From Ruditapes philippinarum (lineage: Eukaryota), in the NCBI RefSeq assembly GCF_026571515.1, contig NW_026866931.1, forward strand, positions 1 to 64,000: 64,000 nt of DNA. The letters are read 5' to 3'. The translations under genes and the position numbers were made by a program. Positions within the stretch are counted from its first letter, which is position 1; the number at the start of each line of letters is the position of its first letter. The notes beneath the pieces are model-generated. The model was given only the letters and a program-made list of their open reading frames with translations. It made no database searches and was not told where the DNA came from. Positions 61,293 through 64,000 of the stretch are shown one piece after another.

Positions 61293-64000
61293 TTCAATTT
61301 TTTTTCATGCAAAATTCCATATGTATCAATCTCAAACTATTTTAGAAGAAAATCAAACGCTGTCGCTGCGTAAGATGAATTATAGTATATAAAAATAAAC
61401 TTATACAGGAAAGTACATACAGATAGTCAGTATGATTTAGAGTGCAAAGATCAGAAAATACCACAGAGCTGCAGCCCTTTGATTCAAATATTCATCCAGT
61501 GTTATAAACAGACGATCACTAATCATTATGTCAAGCTACTGACCTTACAACAAATGTCAAACAATGTCATTGTCTTTGCAAAAGTACGGTATTTTTTCTG
61601 CCTAAATACTTGTAAAATGTAGATAATACTAATACACTAAGATATTTAAGACGTTGAATTAACATGTGACGTCATAAGCATTTCTAATTAAGTATCACGT
61701 GTCATTTGCATAACTTTTCATCATTATCTTTCTTTTGTCATTTTTTTATTGTTTTCTACACTACATGATGATCGGGAGTGATAAGATCATGATTTGATTG
61801 TAGTGATCGTAGTTTAACCAAACAAGCCATCACATTTGGCTCAGTTTGTAGCAACATGTTTGGATAAAAAAGTTTAAAAGTGTTATAATGATATCATGTA
61901 ATTTTCTTTTAAAGTGCAGCATGTAATATTTGGTGTTTGTACAGACTTATAAACAGGACAGACAGACAACTAACAAGAATTATATAAGATTACTTTTAGA
62001 CTTGAGACATATTACAGATTTACATACAAAGGTTCATGTTCCGGTTATGTCCTATAAACAAAAAGTTCAAGCATAGTATGTAAGCAAATAGAAACATGGG
62101 AATAATATCAGTAATGATATAATGTAATTAATTCTAGCAAAATTCTTGATTTCGAAATCTGTTCAATATTTATTCGATTAGACAGCTGAATAAAGTCAAC
62201 GAAACAAGCCGGTTATATTACATGAAATGTTTATGTTATTATAATTGGCTTTACAAGTAATAATACTTAAATTAACGCTGGTTTAAGACATTTGAAATTA
62301 AAGCAATGTCATTGTTGCTAGTACAATTCATATTTAAATGATCAATTTTTCTTCTAGTATTAGAAGTTAATTATCTTCAAGTATTAATGAATATTGGTTA
62401 TCATGAAAAGACTCTTCTCTAAACCATGTTCTCTTTGTTTATGAAATTATTTAACTCTTCACAATTATGCCATCATATTTATTCTCATGCTTCGTCGGGA
62501 ATAGATAGGCAGTTCACTGCATTATGAACAAATCCAATTAATGTGTATATCGCATCATTTAATGGGATTATAAAACAATGATCAGACTATTATAAGAATA
62601 ATTAGATTTTGCGTTCAAGAAATATACCCGTATCTGATTTTAATGTATTAAGTACGAAGACATATTTAGATTGTCTACTTCAGATACTGTTTAAAATTAG
62701 ATTTAAATGACACATTATGCAATGTTCGCAATTGTACATCCATTCATGTGTACACAACCTCATATCAACATAATGGTTCAGTAAACATAAATCTTTATTA
62801 ACAAATTTACTAAGCAAGTATAATAATAAAACTGCAAAAGGGAATGCAGGTTCAGCTTAATTATGTTGGTGGATCAGATATATTTTCTAAGATTAAAAAC
62901 AAGTGTAAGTAAGACAAAATGGATAATTTCAGAAATTTCGAACAAATCCAATACACAACAGGTGAAGTAGCAATTGCTAATATAGAAATCTGAAATATAC
63001 CAGATTTGCTTCTTTTTGTCACCAATTTTGTATTATGTAAGCAAGTTCACAAGCATCAAAAAGATTTATGACTTAGTATTTCGATACTAGTACATGTAAC
63101 TTTTAAATTGTAGAAAAGAAAGATCAACAAAAAAGAGCAAATGTCACTGATGGTAGGTCTTAACGACATCTAGCCACCAAGGACCTCCGGTAAGGCAGTC
63201 GGATGGGCAGCGAACATTAAAATACGGAATAATGGGCAGTGCAAGGAGAGAGAGGATACAAATACATGTTAATAATTAAGTAAAACAGCGTTTTAATTTT
63301 AAATTATATAAATGAAAATATTAACGAGGATTAATTTTTAATTCAGAGTAAAGTATTTTTTAAATATTCAAAGAACAAAATTATATAAAAATTAAACTAG
63401 TCTCCATAATATGCAAATGATTAACATATGAAATGTTGTGGTTGAAATAATTATATTCTAAGTTAGTTTTAAAGTGTGCAAAAAAATATTTTACACTTAA
63501 CCATTTGAACCAACTTAAAACGTTCTTAACTTCCTGTATTTTTACCAACTAATGCTCAATGGTGATATTTCATATCAAATATCTCAATTTAACACTAAGC
63601 CAATTGAGGCGAACAATTGGTTCTATGTGTTCCACTCAAAACCATGTTTGTGTATGAATTAATCAAGATGGTAGTTTTGATCCTTTTTTCTTCACTTTAA
63701 GATAGAAAATGAAAAAAACTTATTTCCGGAAATAATATTTACTAATGATTTTCTTACTACACACCAAATTACTCTCCCCAAGCTTTACAAGTCGTGTTGT
63801 GCTAAAACAACAAAAATATTGCTCATTGCCACCTATCGCACTACTACTTGCTTTCACTAGAAACATGCAACACATATTCAGTATAATGTCTTTAAATGAT
63901 TGATTTACGGAAAAATACCTTTACTTAAATATTGATGAAAGTTGTCAGTTCTGGCAAAATTCATTAGAGTAATGTTCTCTGTCAATGTTAACCTTAAGCA

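Larger units (their letters stand above)
59184..61484 (+). mobile_element. 2.3-kb Helentron/HINE-like insertion with a duplicated 3' module and three tRNA-like cassettes
   Basis: The empty site in unit 1 is CAAAGGTTTTTCAAATATTC (50321-50340). Inserted in the T-run with no clear TSD (boundaries +/-2). 5' hairpin TTATTTGTTTGG..CCAAACAAATAA. Module ~59417-60250 is repeated at ~60640-61484, and both end GCAGCCCTTTGATT. Confidence 0.85.
55585..64000 (+). repeat. Tandem segmental duplication, unit 2 (runs off the window), with two extra segments
   Basis: Matches 47371-52856 except for 56935-57589 and 59184-61484, which are absent from unit 1. Confidence 0.92.

Overview
AT-rich eukaryotic DNA with no protein-coding host gene I can support. 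The repeat types present (Helentron-associated/pearl-like elements with GTCC microsatellites and internal tandem arrays, a mollusc-type tRNA SINE, a CR1/L2-like LINE) suggest an invertebrate, probably a bivalve mollusc; this is inference. Main contents: (1) a complete tRNA-derived SINE with a 12-bp target-site duplication (TSD) at 302-583; (2) a decayed APE+RT LINE on the minus strand (~8046-13957), split by a 2.4-kb Helentron-type (HINE) element carrying ~14 x ~143-bp monomers rich in nuclear-receptor half-sites; (3) several more HINEs, MITEs/foldbacks and SINE/LINE relics; (4) an ~8.2-kb near-identical tandem duplication (47371-55584 and 55585 to window end) whose second copy carries a 2.3-kb HINE-like insertion with three tRNA-Pro-like Pol III cassettes; (5) older, shuffled paralogous non-coding blocks. 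The most notable signal is a cluster of four strongly diverged ~300-350-bp elements (27.8, 31.1, 36.0 and 36.7 kb; two +, two -). They share ordered short motifs and an indel-free ~100-nt hairpin whose base pairs are kept by compensatory and G-U changes, making them a candidate undescribed structured ncRNA or cis-element family. All alignments and folds were done by eye.
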